Assembly (NCBI RefSeq): GCF_964355755.1
Contig: NC_092677.1
Coordinates: 1,076,101 to 1,140,100, forward strand
Source of the DNA: Antedon mediterranea
Taxonomy: Eukaryota; Animalia; Echinodermata
Length of the DNA stretch: 64,000 nt
Direction: 5' to 3'
Shown here piece by piece: positions 53,601 to 64,000 of this stretch (its first letter is position 1; each line of letters begins with the position of its first letter). Made by a program: the position numbers and the translations under genes. A model generated the notes under the pieces. The model ran no database searches. It had not been told where the DNA came from and worked only from the letters and a program-made list of their open reading frames with translations.

Positions 53601-54898
53601 ACAGCAACATTTATATGTACTTCACTTGATGGTATTCCAACACCGATTACCATAACATGGATCAAAGATGGCAATGAACTTGATGTTTCTGATACAGACA
53701 AGTATCCGTCTTGTGATGTAGCATTAACGATTAATAAAGTTGCTGAAACAGACGAGGGAGTTTATCAGTGTAGAGCAGAGAATGCTGCTTACAGTGGAAC
53801 AGATGGGAAACTTAGTAATACTGCCACACTATCAATAGGTTGGTGAAAATAAACATTTTGATAAATAATATATTTTATTGGCATCATATTATAAGTAGTT
53901 TCTACAAGTCATAATTATTAATGGAATATTCATATTACAGTATATTATGTCATGCGGTAACAAAAATAGAGCACAGCTACAGCAAAATCTGAAAGTTTCA
54001 GTTTATTTTAGTAATTAAAGGCCTTTTGTAATGTGAACGCATGGCGTGTTTTATTAATATTGCAATTTTGTATTTTCTATTTCTTTAGCATTAACGACAA
54101 CTTCTTTTATATCCAGTAGGTTTTGCTTGCATGCATTGTATTGTAAAGTTTCAGGTTTTTGCATTTGAGAAAAGAAAACAAGGATAGAAATTGGAGGGAT
54201 ATCCCCGCCCCATCTCTAGGATCTGCATGAGTGCTTAAAAGGGAAAATAATGATGACCGTTGTATATTTGTCAACATTTCATTATTGTAAACATGTTTAA
54301 AACATGGTAACACTTAGCCTTCTGTATTATTTGTTTAGTTTCAAGTACAGACGTTTCAAATAGTGAGCGTGTGTGTAATTCAACTGGTTTTGTTGTTGGA
54401 ATGACGTTTGTTGGTGTGCTCATGGGATTCATTCTATGTTTTCTTATGTGTTTTATCATCAGCAAAATAAAGAAGTCACATCCAAAGGTAAAGTATAATT
54501 CAGAAAGTAGAACAAAAAGGGCAAAATAGCCAAGGTTTAGAGAAATACTGTACACTGCAAATAGTATATAGAAATATACATTAAATGTACTTGTTGATGT
54601 TTTATTTTAAAGGCACCGACATCGAAAAACGACAACCAATCAGGGGTAAGGATGCCATACAGCTTTCACTGCTAATTTTCACTTTGTTTCACTAATTATC
54701 ATCAAAATTGTCACCAATAAGGTTTACACGATTCTAATTCTTTTTCTATCCAATAAACTCTATTTTTAGCAGCAGGCGTATATGACATACACTGGAGAGA
54801 CAGATAAAGAAACAACCCACACATACCAAGATTTACAGAAGAAAGACGATAATCAAGCTGTATATGTAAATGTTAAAGCAAAGAGAGACAACAAATAA
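47633..54898 (+). CDS. IgSF receptor gene 6 (leader-V-I-stalk-TM-ITAM-like tail). Exons 47633-47663, 47764-48096, 53545-53838, 54089-54115, 54339-54487, 54613-54645, 54770-54898
   Basis: All exons are open and phase-compatible; tail ...THTYQDLQKKDDNQAVYVNVKAKRDNK*. The leader is short (MIFLIIQLCG) because the upstream ATG of the paralogous relic is ATA here. Confidence 0.75.
48662..49546 (+). CDS. LINE ORF1 protein (PHD finger, coiled coil, RRM-like region)
   Basis: CGSC...CGLCKLWFHIDC...WYCRSC PHD signature; RKSNLMLY and RVGK..RPIKV motifs of CR1/L2 ORF1. Confidence 0.9.
   Translation: MASKSKDQGARPKPRSRNAGGTVDKTVVDIEGEDECGSCGGHFMSGGKSVLCGLCKLWFHIDCQKINEAKYKWLSKDDSSIFWYCRSCSVSVGNFMGLINNVNETQKTMIKTIEAIKSEVEINKEDIKKLFQSSSVVNNEDVKTIIENRLKDENERLKRKSNLMLYRIDESKSNDSDRRKNDDLSKLAGIFEDIDLEVEMRTFFRVGKHREDGCRPIKVVFKEECIKRDAFEIAIQKKCAVSNDRTIKERDEYNKLRDILRDRQSKGEKDLVIRRGKITRFRSQSTTQSEENTA
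49593..52448 (+). CDS. LINE ORF2 (APE endonuclease plus reverse transcriptase)
   Basis: YTNCDSL, GDFN, SDH endonuclease motifs; KSAGPDG, NYRPVSL, LDYKKAFDSVPH, GIPQGSVVGP, FADD, EKDLGV RT motifs; 951 codons uninterrupted. Confidence 0.96.
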   Translation: MFYTNCDSLLNKKNELLLRLSSEKVDIIALTEILPKKYFFELSIEEFHIPGFQMFLPNEKLSSGRGVVIYVRNGMSATPVLFKDILFEESMFVEIKVKDRTFLIGCVYRSDAGSSVNNSALCSLFRKVASFSCSDLIIVGDFNYRSINWELGYVTGEDGKNSHNFFDTINDLFLAQHVRDPTRYRIGEQANVLDLVLTSNEDSISEVLQAPPLGKSDHMVLQFKIPVNLIKEEVVEVRNYFHADYDKFRGFLDGVDWDTELLDKDGLHSHGSFDEILSRGMEQFVPKCKKHLSGNVKRPLWYTKEVDKSIKQKNKCWKQYIKAKRKGHDCASVKWNTFIRVRNDTVNLIKSSKSIFENKIANEVKVNEKSFWRYVNSQLNTRSGIPTLRNVEGKLVVDDQDKAESFNSFFSSVFCKENLSNVPNLDKKIEASLSDIEFNVEDIHKLLSNLVIDKSAGPDGFHPRVLIELKDQIAYPLSLIFTRLFNDQKVPLSWKEAIVIPIFKKGKKEDPANYRPVSLTSVIGKMMERIIRDKLVMYLESNGLLCNEQFGFRQGRSCALQLLDVLESWTTNLDNHDSFDCVYLDYKKAFDSVPHQRLLVKLKGFGITGNLLGWFSNYLSNRTQRVSVNGQLSSQAPVLSGIPQGSVVGPILFSIFINDLPDVVESSIRLFADDTKLYRVVNNIDDADLFQRDIDSASHWSNVWQLPFYDTKCKVFHYGRDNPNFLYSMAGNLLHEVKQEKDLGVTFDHSLIFNLHVADICKRANKKLGMIYRSFKFLNKDGFLKLYKSIVRPTLEYCNTVYNPIRKRDQDEIEKVQQRATRLIPRYRNIPYKQRLRILGLPTMRYRRQRADIIQVFRIVKGFDRISIFEFDLESRTRGHPYKLKFKSSRLNIRRDTFSRRVILLWNTLPMDVVSCATVNLFKAKLNVAWSNHPLKFSPYIEYDFISKRGF
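52835..53450. mobile_element. Inverted copy of the 13800-14560 element
   Basis: Reverse-complement near-identity over more than 500 bp. Confidence 0.8.
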
Positions 54899-55192
54899 TG
54901 CATCTTAAATTGTTAATGAAATATCACAGTTTGTAAATTGTTGATTTTAATAATATAACTCAATCATTTATGGGTAAAACTGACAAATTAATTAATTAAG
55001 TAATTTAAAATAACAAGAAAAAATTGAATTCTGCAATTTGTTATAAAAAACCCATACACTTTATACCTAGTGCCATTGCCTATGGCGTATAGCAAGATGT
55101 GATGTAAAGATGAAAGCCATAAGACATATCTAAAAAACAAGATACATTTATATGAATTCTATTTCTTGGTCATTATTTCGTACTGAAATTAA

Positions 55193-55736
55193 AGATGTAT
55201 TGTCCATTGAAACACACAAAATGAAAAAAAAAAATATTCTAAATTTAAATTGGCCATATCAAAGTAATATTAAAGTTATTCACTTTAAGTCAAAAACTCG
55301 AACCCAAAACAACAGTTTACGTAATTAACAGGTAAATTAATTAGATTACATTTCGTCTGAGAAATCGTCGCAAGCGAAAGTAAACAAAGATTTCAAACCA
55401 TGAGTATGCATTATGCATGATGCTAATTAGGATTGTTTACAACTCATCACGGTTGAGAAGGTGTTTTCACACAGATCGCGAGGAAGTTTGATTATGCATA
55501 CAGAGTAGCCAAACAAGCGCATTGCATTATGGGATATGTTTTGATTGAAAAGTTTGACTGGAAGTCAAATTTATTTTTTGAACAAAAAAACATCTGTATT
55601 TCGGTTAAATTATTTTTTTTTTGACTAACTTTTGGTGAAAGTTAATAACTATTATGATACTTCAAAATGACCCACTTTTTTTCGAAATTAAAAAAAATAA
55701 TTTTTTTTTGTAATTAGTCAAATGGACAATACATCT
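55193..55736. mobile_element. Kolobok-like MITE, second copy
   Basis: TTAA|agatgtattgtcca...tggacaatacatct|TTAA. Confidence 0.85.
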
Positions 55737-55983
55737 TTAAAATTTGCTTGTAGTTGAATCGTTGTATATTTGAAAACAACATACAAAGGAAAAATAAGGA
55801 TTTCTTACACCAACACGCGTTTAAGTTCATATTATTAAAGTGTTCTTTAATTGTGTGCATAAGTTCAACATTATTTTGAAACGAATTTCATCATCTTTCG
55901 TTCAAATGTAGCTTAATGACGGTTGACGCCCTCTACCTCTCCCGGTAGCAATCATTTTCTTACAAAATTGCTACACACTCTTT

Positions 55984-56222
55984 AAGCCTGGTTTCCATAA
56001 AATCGCTACACCGTTTCCATTGAAATCGCTACACGCGCAAATGTCGCCGACGCGCATCGGGGAGGTCTCCCCGATTCATCGCAGACAAATCGGCAAAGTT
56101 CAACCATGTTCAACTTTGCCGATTTTGTCGGCGATGAGTCGTATACGCGTGTACCAAAGAATATTTAGCTCTCGCGACAGCAGTCGGCGACACGGTGTAG
56201 CGATTTTATGGAAACCAGGCTT
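55984..56222. mobile_element. Small MITE with approximately 30-bp TIRs (PIF/Harbinger-like)
   Basis: aagcctggtttccataaaatcgctacaccg...cggtgtagcgattttatggaaaccaggctt, in a T/A-rich target context. Confidence 0.8.
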
Positions 56223-56824
56223 TAGTCTTCACGCTTATTAGACATTACAAGCAAGTAACGTTACAGGTTGGTTCTATTTTTTGTTAATATACGTAATACA
56301 TAAAACTACTTTCTATTATTTAGCAAATTAATTGTCACTATTAAAAATCAGGTATATTGATTCAATCGATATTGGACATGAACGATACTGTATGGTTGAA
56401 GCAGACATAATAATATATCAAAGTATGAATGGAAATCCACACTCATAACAATAATAACAATCAGTATTTCAATATACATTATATACAATCACAATAGTGG
56501 AATAGTTTTGCTTTATAGGCCCACTGGTCGTATTTAAGATTTCCTGCTTTATAGATTTGTAATGAAGACGGAAATGTAAACAAGATATGTGATATCTTGT
56601 TTTTTTTTTCAACTTTGTGATTGTAAAAAGACAATTCTTTTATAGATATATAGGAAATATGTTTGTTCACAAACAAATAATCTAAACATTAGGCCACCAT
56701 ACAGTATCATGGAGTAAGTAAACAAAAATGTAGATGAATCCTCATTCAGACAATACAAGAACCATCAGTGTCCTGTATACACATTGAGAGACAAGAGTGA
56801 TATTTTATTTTCAGATTATTAGCC

Positions 56825-58396
56825 ATGCTCAGAATGTCATTCTTAACAGAAGTAATGGCGATATGTGAATGTGCACTAATTTTCCTGATTTTCCTAAGCG
56901 ACTGTAAGTAGAAACTTAAATGTCATGCATGTTATTAGTAGGGTCCTACTATTATTTCAACATAGACTATAAGACTGAAATGGCTATGGACGGTGACAGC
57001 GTAACCAATTTTTATTTATCTACGAATGACGTACTGTAGATTTAAGTCATTAAAAAAATAGGCAATCATCATTTTAATATAAAGACAATTGATTTTGTGA
57101 ATACAGATCTGGAAACCCCCGTTTTGAAGTCGGACACATTATCTGTGATGATAAATGACACCGCAACATTTACATGTACTCAACTTATCGGTGAACCAAA
57201 ATCAATTAATGTCAGATGGACAAAAAATGATGCTACGCTAGATATTTCTGATACAGACAAATATCCGTTTTCTGATGCTTTATTAATTATTAATAAAGTA
57301 GATGAAATGGACGACGGAAGTTATCAGTGTGTAGCAGAGAATGCTGCTTACAGTTGAGATGAAGGAAAACCTAGTAATCCTCTTATACTCTCAGTAGGTT
57401 GGTTGCAATAAAGTTGTTATAACTAATGATACAATAATATCATATTTTATTGAGATCATAGGTATAATATAGTCTATCATAATTAGACGGAATATTCCAA
57501 CAATTATGTATTATGCGGTAATGGAAATAAAGCACAGCTACACAGTTTAATTATAAAAGGCCTTTTTATAATAATATTAATAGAACAAGAAAATATATAA
57601 AACCAATAGATGAACTGACTATGTTTAAATAACATAATCATATGTACTTTCTATTTCTTTAGCATTTACGACAACTTTTTCTACATCCAGTAGGTCAACT
57701 ACACGTACGTTTTGTTCGTTTGCATTGCACTAATAGTTTCCTATTTTTAGGTTTGCAAATAAAAAATATGACTATTGTATATTTGTTATGTCACAATCAC
57801 ATGGTAACTCTGATCCTCTTGATTTGTATATCGTTCGTACACAGAAGTTCCAAATAGTGAGGATGTATGTACTTCAACTGGTCTTGTTGTTGGAATGACG
57901 TTTGTTGGTGTGCTCATTGGATTCATTCTCTGTTTGATTGTGGTTTTCATCATCAGCAAAAAAAGGACGACAAAATCACAGGTAAAGTATAATTCAGAAG
58001 GTAGAAAAAAAAAACAGTAAAATAGTCGAAAGTTAAGTGAAATACCGTCACACGTAATGGCAAACGTATTATCATTCAATTTACTTTTTGATGTTTTATT
58101 TCAAAGGCACCGACATCAATAAATGACAACCAATCAGGGGTAAGAATGCTATACTTCAACCTTAATTATTCGCTTTCACTTTAATCATTACCATCATTGT
58201 CACCAATACACAATAAAGGTTTGCATGATTGTAATTCATCTTACTTTACTGTTGTATTTTTTTTAGCAGCAAGAGTATAATGACTTATATTGGAGAGACA
58301 GATAAAGAAACAAACCACACATACCAAGATTTACAGAAGAAAGACGATAATCAAGCTGTATATGTAAATGTTAAAGCAAAAAAGGACAAAAAATAA
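56825..58396 (+). pseudogene. IgSF receptor pseudogene 7 (leader 56825-56903, no V exon, I exon from 57107, stalk, TM, tail)
   Basis: TGA at 57355-57357 replaces the conserved GGA. There is a 1-nt insertion at the start of the last exon (gagtataatgact vs gcgtatatgact) and a decayed TM acceptor. A second dead leader lies at about 56560-56621. Confidence 0.8.
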
Positions 58397-59475
58397 TATA
58401 CATGTTTAAAATAAAAATGAAAGAAATACATTATTATTGTTATTCTTATTATTAATGAAACACCATTGGTTTAAAACTACATGAATGACATACCTCTTGT
58501 TGATTTTATTATAGAAATAAAGAGAAATCATAATCTGTAGAAAGTGATTTCTTTCTCTTGATTTAACTCTTTAACGCGTACAAATTTAATAACAAGGAAA
58601 TGTGAATGCTGCAATTTGTATCATCATTAACAATAAAAAAAAAAACTCTATGTACCTATAGTGGCATAATCTACCAGTGGTATAGAGCAACATATGATGT
58701 AACGATGAAAACAATTAAAATAACCCTGTATGGATCGTATGGTACAACTTTTTTTTTCTATCCGTGGGCCTAGGCAAAGGTCTAAATCACTTGGATCTAA
58801 CAATGGGTTCTGTAATAAAAAGTGTTACTTTGCTTTTATATGAGTTCTTGTTTATCATTATGAGTCCAACTCCAAATAAATGTCCAAATATTGTCAAATA
58901 ATAACAATTAAGAGATATGTTTCAAATACAATCTATAATCAAAGAGTAAATTCATTCGTTAAACAACAAAATGCCGTGACATGAGATGCAAAAGAGAAAT
59001 CAATTTTGAAATCAGTAGCCTATAATAACAGTTGACGGCCGTTTAATTAGTATATTAGTACCGTAGCCTATAGGCCTAGTAATGGACCCCATCGTCACCA
59101 ACAACGGCACCAAAATGCCATTTTCTTGTTCAAAGAATCATCGTTACTTTTGATGCAGGACACATCAAGTTTGTGGCGATTTCACAATAGCAATTGTTTG
59201 AGAAATTAAAGTTTAGACCAAAGATACTTTAGCGTCTTGAAGTGGCGCCACTCTACGTGGCGCGTTATACGATCTTTGGTTTTAGACTGGGTGTGGCCGG
59301 GGATAGAGCGAGATAGCTTAGTGAACGATGAGGGCGTGTGTAATTAATTCAATCCAGAGCCATCAGATTCAATAAACTCGTACTGTATTAGGTCTACTTT
59401 CAAAATCTCACAAAACAAGGAAGGACAATTCGATTTATATTCCGTATTCACTATACTAATAATTCTGTCTTTGTG

Positions 59476-62400
59476 ATGATGACTACTTGTTGTTTGCTGC
59501 TATTTGTTCTTGTATTTGGTAAGTACCAAGCTTTAATGTTTTGTTGTCAAACTAAGAAAACATTTAATTTTGTTTGTATTTAAATTACACATTTCCGTCA
59601 TTTATTGAAATACAAATAGTTATACAGTTATGTTATTTTCGGATTATAGATGGTGGTTCAAATTTTCAACAATCATAAAAATAAACTATCAAGTGAAAGT
59701 TGTTCCGGTTGTCTGTGTTTCTATGAAAAAATGCATTTACTAGAACTAGAGGGTGAGCTCGCTTCGCTCGCCCCCCCTCTAGGAAGTGTAGACGATGGTT
59801 CTCGGAATGATAATTTTTTTTTTTTTTTTTTATTCAATTTTCAGGCACACATACATGACCCTGAGGATTGCCATGAGTGCAAAGCACTATCGAGATGGCT
59901 CTCTATATACTGCACTAGAACATATAAGACAAACATATACACAAGATGCTCTACATAGACAAAGACTTATTATTAAGTCTTTGGGAGTGGAGTTGTAAAT
60001 TGTCATGAGAAAAAAACCCTGACATATGACAGGACTTGAACCCAGGACCCTTAGATTGGTAGCCAAGCATCATAACTACCAAGCCACAACTCCACTCTAA
60101 TGTTCTCCTTATACATTTTCTGTCGGTTACCATTATTGAAAATGCTTGACATTCGTAAAACTAAACTACTTTGTTTCACAGTGTTTTAGATGATTAATAA
60201 CATTTTAAAGTATAGTTTTTATTGTTTGGTAGGGCCCTTTGGGGAGGCGGAGGTCATTTGAGGGAGGTGCTTATTCGAGGGATATATGTTAAATTTTTTA
60301 GTTCTAATAATATGGTAACATTTATAATCAAATTAAATCCTCTAATAGATATGAAAAGTGGTAAAAAAGAATAACAAATGCTTGGTAAATTGCAGATAAC
60401 AGTGCGGTGAATTCTACTACAAATAGTATAATTGTGTTATTATAAATATGTGGATGGACGTTTATTAGATATTAGATAGTTGGGTTGGGGGTGGGGGGGG
60501 GGGGATTAGGTGGGGGGGGGGGGTTATTATTCAAAGTGATGTTTTATTGGAGAGGCGTTTATTCAAATGAATACCATCCTAATAATTATTAATACATTAT
60601 TTAATTTAATCATCTTTTGAAACTAACTGCCGTCACAGAGTGGGCCCAAGAAAAAAGACATTACGGCTTGCAACATGGGCAGACATCTCGGTCCTAACGG
60701 GACACAGGAAGATAGCCTACAGTTATTCCTGCAAGCTTACTCAATAAAACTCAGCTATCGGGATTTCACTCGAAAAATGTCTTATCATCAAATCTCCCTA
60801 TGTAATTTTAGAATACTATTCCCCACAATATATTCTGATTCTTTATGGCGTATATTTAATTAATTAATTAATTTTTTTTTTCGTCTTCCAAAGGGACACT
60901 GTATTGATTGATGGAAAGTGCCTGTTTCCATTCACCTTTAGGGTCAAATCTATTATTTTAACTGCTCCCTTGTGTATAAAAGAGAGAAAATATTTGAAAC
61001 CAGGTTGTTGCAAGGTGAACTTATCTTAAACCCGGAAATTACTTTGACCGGGAAGAATTGAAATTGAGATGAAAATCTAATGTTGAAATCATAAATTGTG
61101 TTAGAAAACTCTTTATAATATCTTCCTAAGATAGAAATATGGAACAATAGCGTCGCTGTGAACACTAATGTTATCAAATCTCCGTTTCGCGGTAAATCTC
61201 AGATAGATAAGGTAGGTATCCAAGGCGGAGATTTGTACCGAAGTTTTTGCATTGTGCTCGCCTATGTCAGAATTAACCATAATTTATATATAGATTTATT
61301 ATTTTGTTATTATCATAATTCTGATTTAAACACTTTTCAGTATAGGCCTAATATGTCATATTTCACAGACAATCTTAGTTTCAGATACAAGTGCCCAAAC
61401 ACTAGTGACAGTGAATGCTGGTACAGCAAAAGTTGATGAAGCTGCAACAATGACGTGTACTTATACACTTGAACCAAATGATTCACTGCTGCAACTGTCT
61501 TGGACAAAAGCTGATGAGAATGGTGAAGTAGTAGGAAATGCTCTTGTGACTTCTACGGGTCAAGCAACCAATGGTCGATACAGTTTGTCCAACGATAATC
61601 TTATAATAACTGATGTTGAAAGAGGTGACGCAGGCAACTATCGTTGTGCTGTTAGCACCAATAATGGAAATACTGCTGACAACTTTGCTAATCTCACGGT
61701 CTATTGTGAGTATTTTTAATAGTAAAATGATTTTTTTTTTAAATTTATTTAAATATGTTTATTTCAGGTACTGTACAGTACATGTCAGTTAATACAGTAA
61801 TTTTAATTTCATCTTTGAATCATAAGTTTCACAATCAGAAAAAAAAAATGAAACCAATAATTTGGATAAAAAGTAAAAAAGTATCATCATCTATTGTGAT
61901 ATTCAATCTTTTTTTTTAAATTTTTCTATTTTGGTGGTATTATGGTAATTAACTTTCCAATTTATGTGTTTGCTTTTTAGAGTATAATGTAACCATAATG
62001 GTATCATTTACAAATTTAATCTAAAAAATGTATATATAATATGATATTAAAAAGTGAAAAGCAATTATAATGCAGGGATGTTATTTACATCAGAACCAAA
62101 TGAATATTCAATATCCTATGTATTCTGTTATATTGTCAACGAGTACTACTAAACATTAGCAATTACTGTATTACAATTGTAGACATGTCAATTGTGTAAT
62201 TCTAAACAAATGATAATCCAAGAACTGTACAGTATAATTTTGCCATTTCAGATCTTGAAGTACCAGATTTGAAACCAGTAGAATTGCATGCCACATTAAA
62301 TGAAACAGCGATATTTACATGTACTGAACTTGAAGGTTTACCAACACCAATTACTATCACATGGATCAAAGATGGCAATCCACTTGGTGTTTCTAATACA

Positions 62401-63598
62401 GACAAGTATCCAACTTCTGATGCAACATTGACGATTAATAACGTTGATGAGACAGATGAAGGAATGTATCAGTGTAGAGCAGAGAATGCTGCTTACAGTG
62501 GAATAGATGGGAAACTTAGTAATACTGCCACACTGTCAATAGGTTGGTGGGAATAAACATTTTAATAAATAATATATTTTATTAGCATGTCATAATAATA
62601 AATGGAATATTCATATTACAGTATATTATGTCATGTGGTAACAAAAATAAAGCACAGGTAAACAGCGATAACTGAAAGTTTTAGTTTATTAGTCATTTTT
62701 ATAAAATGAACGCATGACGTGTCGGATTATTGCTTGTTTATTTTCTCTTTTTTTAGCATTGGCGACAACTTCTTTTATATCCAGTAAGTCAACTACACGT
62801 AGGTTTCGTTTGTTTGCATTGCATTGTAAATTTCCGGGATTTTGCATTTGCGAAAAAAAAAGGATAGCAATGGAAAGGGATATCCCTGCCCCATCCCCAT
62901 GATCTGTATCACGCCTTAAAACGGAAAATAAGTATGACTTTGTATATTTGTCAACAATACATTATTGTAAACATGTTTAAAACACGGCATGGTAACCCGA
63001 ATCCTTCTGTGTTATTTGTTCAGTTTTAAGTACAGAAGTTCCAAAGAGAGAGAATGATTGTACTTCAACTGGTCTTGTTGTTGGAATGGCGTTTGTTGGT
63101 GTGCTTATTGGTTTCATTCTCTGTTTGCTGGTGGTTGTTATCATCAGCAAAATAAGGAAGTCACATGCACAGGTAAAGTATAATTTATAAAGTAGAACCA
63201 AAAGAAAAAGTGTAGACTTAAAATTATCAAAGGTTTAATGAAATACCGCACACTTAAGTAATGGAAACTATTTTAACATTAAATATGATTTTTATTTTGA
63301 AGTTACCTACATCGAAAAACACCAACCAAACAGGGCCAGGGGTAAGGATGTTACTTCAACTTTAAATATTCACTTTACTCATCATCATCATCATCATTTA
63401 TTATTACTATTTTCACCAATATATCAATAAAGATTTACACGATTTTCATTCTTTTTTCATTTTTTTTAGCAGCAGGCGTATATGACTTACACTGGAGAGA
63501 CAGATAAAGATACAAACCACACATACCAAGATTTACAGAAGAAAGACGATAATCAAGCTGTATATGTAAATATTAAAGCCAAAAAGGGCAAAAAATAA
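59476..63598 (+). CDS. IgSF receptor gene 8 (leader-V-I-stalk-TM-ITAM-like tail). Exons 59476-59518, 61385-61705, 62252-62542, 62757-62783, 63024-63172, 63303-63341, 63470-63598
   Basis: Leader MMTTCCLLLFVLVF; all exons open; tail QQAYMTYTGETDKDTNHTYQDLQKKDDNQAVYVNIKAKKGKK*. Confidence 0.88.
59850..60098 (-). mobile_element. tRNA-derived SINE (tRNA-like head about 60028-60097)
   Basis: Minus strand has A-box TGGCTTGGTAG and B-box GGTTCAAGTCC at tRNA spacing, imperfect stems, and a non-tRNA body downstream. Confidence 0.6.
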
Positions 63599-64000
63599 TG
63601 AATGTTAAAATAAAAATAAATAATTTTTATTATTATTAATGGAATATCATTGGTTTGAATCTTCAATCACATACATCTTGTTGATTTTATTATAGAAATA
63701 AAGAGAAATCATAACCTGTAGAAAGTGTTTTCTTTCTCTCTTGATTTAACTCTTTAACTCGTACCGTACAAATTTAATAACAAGGAAATGTGAATGCTGC
63801 AATTTGTATCATCATTAAAAAAAAAAAAACCTATATATATATTTTTTTTTCTTACGGGTAGGCTTTTGGCAATGCTTTTAACACCAATACGCGTGTAATT
63901 TTTATTATCATAGCGTTATTTAATTCAATTTGACTTTGAGATGTGCATTTGGTTGCTTGCTGCCATATTTTTTCAAAGAGTTGAGTAATGTTCAAATTTG

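Noticed and set aside
60028-60097. tRNA gene
   Set aside because: A and B boxes are present, but the stems are imperfect and it continues into a repeat body. A tRNA-derived SINE fits better.
2913-61705. V exons as rearranging V(D)J segments
   Set aside because: Each V exon contains its own G strand and ends in a GT splice donor. I saw no heptamer-spacer-nonamer RSS at their 3' ends, and no J or C1 segments.
356-63598. Assigning a gene symbol (Alr, NITR, VCBP, Dscam, hemicentin, SIRP)
   Set aside because: No FnIII-like, chitin-binding or long Ig-array architecture is visible, and orthology cannot be established without searches. The similarity is architectural only.

Overview
AT-rich animal genomic DNA with GT-AG introns; not prokaryotic. 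It looks like an invertebrate, and a marine deuterostome such as an echinoderm is only a guess. Most ORF-track entries are single exons or noise. Manual splicing reveals a tandem cluster of about 8 immunoglobulin-superfamily type-I membrane receptor genes and pseudogenes (leader - V-like Ig - I/C2-like Ig - stalk micro-exon(s) - TM - cytoplasmic exons), plus relics. Two signalling classes are interleaved. One minus-strand gene (31770-19101) has a tail with two canonical ITIMs (VTYAQV, LTYVEV) and an ITSM (TTYSSV). The plus-strand genes end in a conserved ITAM-like tail (YMxY...TYQ[D/E]L-x8/9-YVN[V/I]). Inhibitory-type and activating-type genes sit as head-to-head pairs. In one pair the V domains are almost identical while the rest of the genes diverge, which suggests gene conversion. 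The whole locus resembles a paired activating/inhibitory immune receptor complex evolving by birth-and-death. The introns and spacers also hold an apparently intact CR1-like LINE, nested LINE fragments, several MITE families, a tRNA-derived SINE, two minisatellites and a compound microsatellite. Exon models were derived by eye from splice signals and phase, without transcript evidence.
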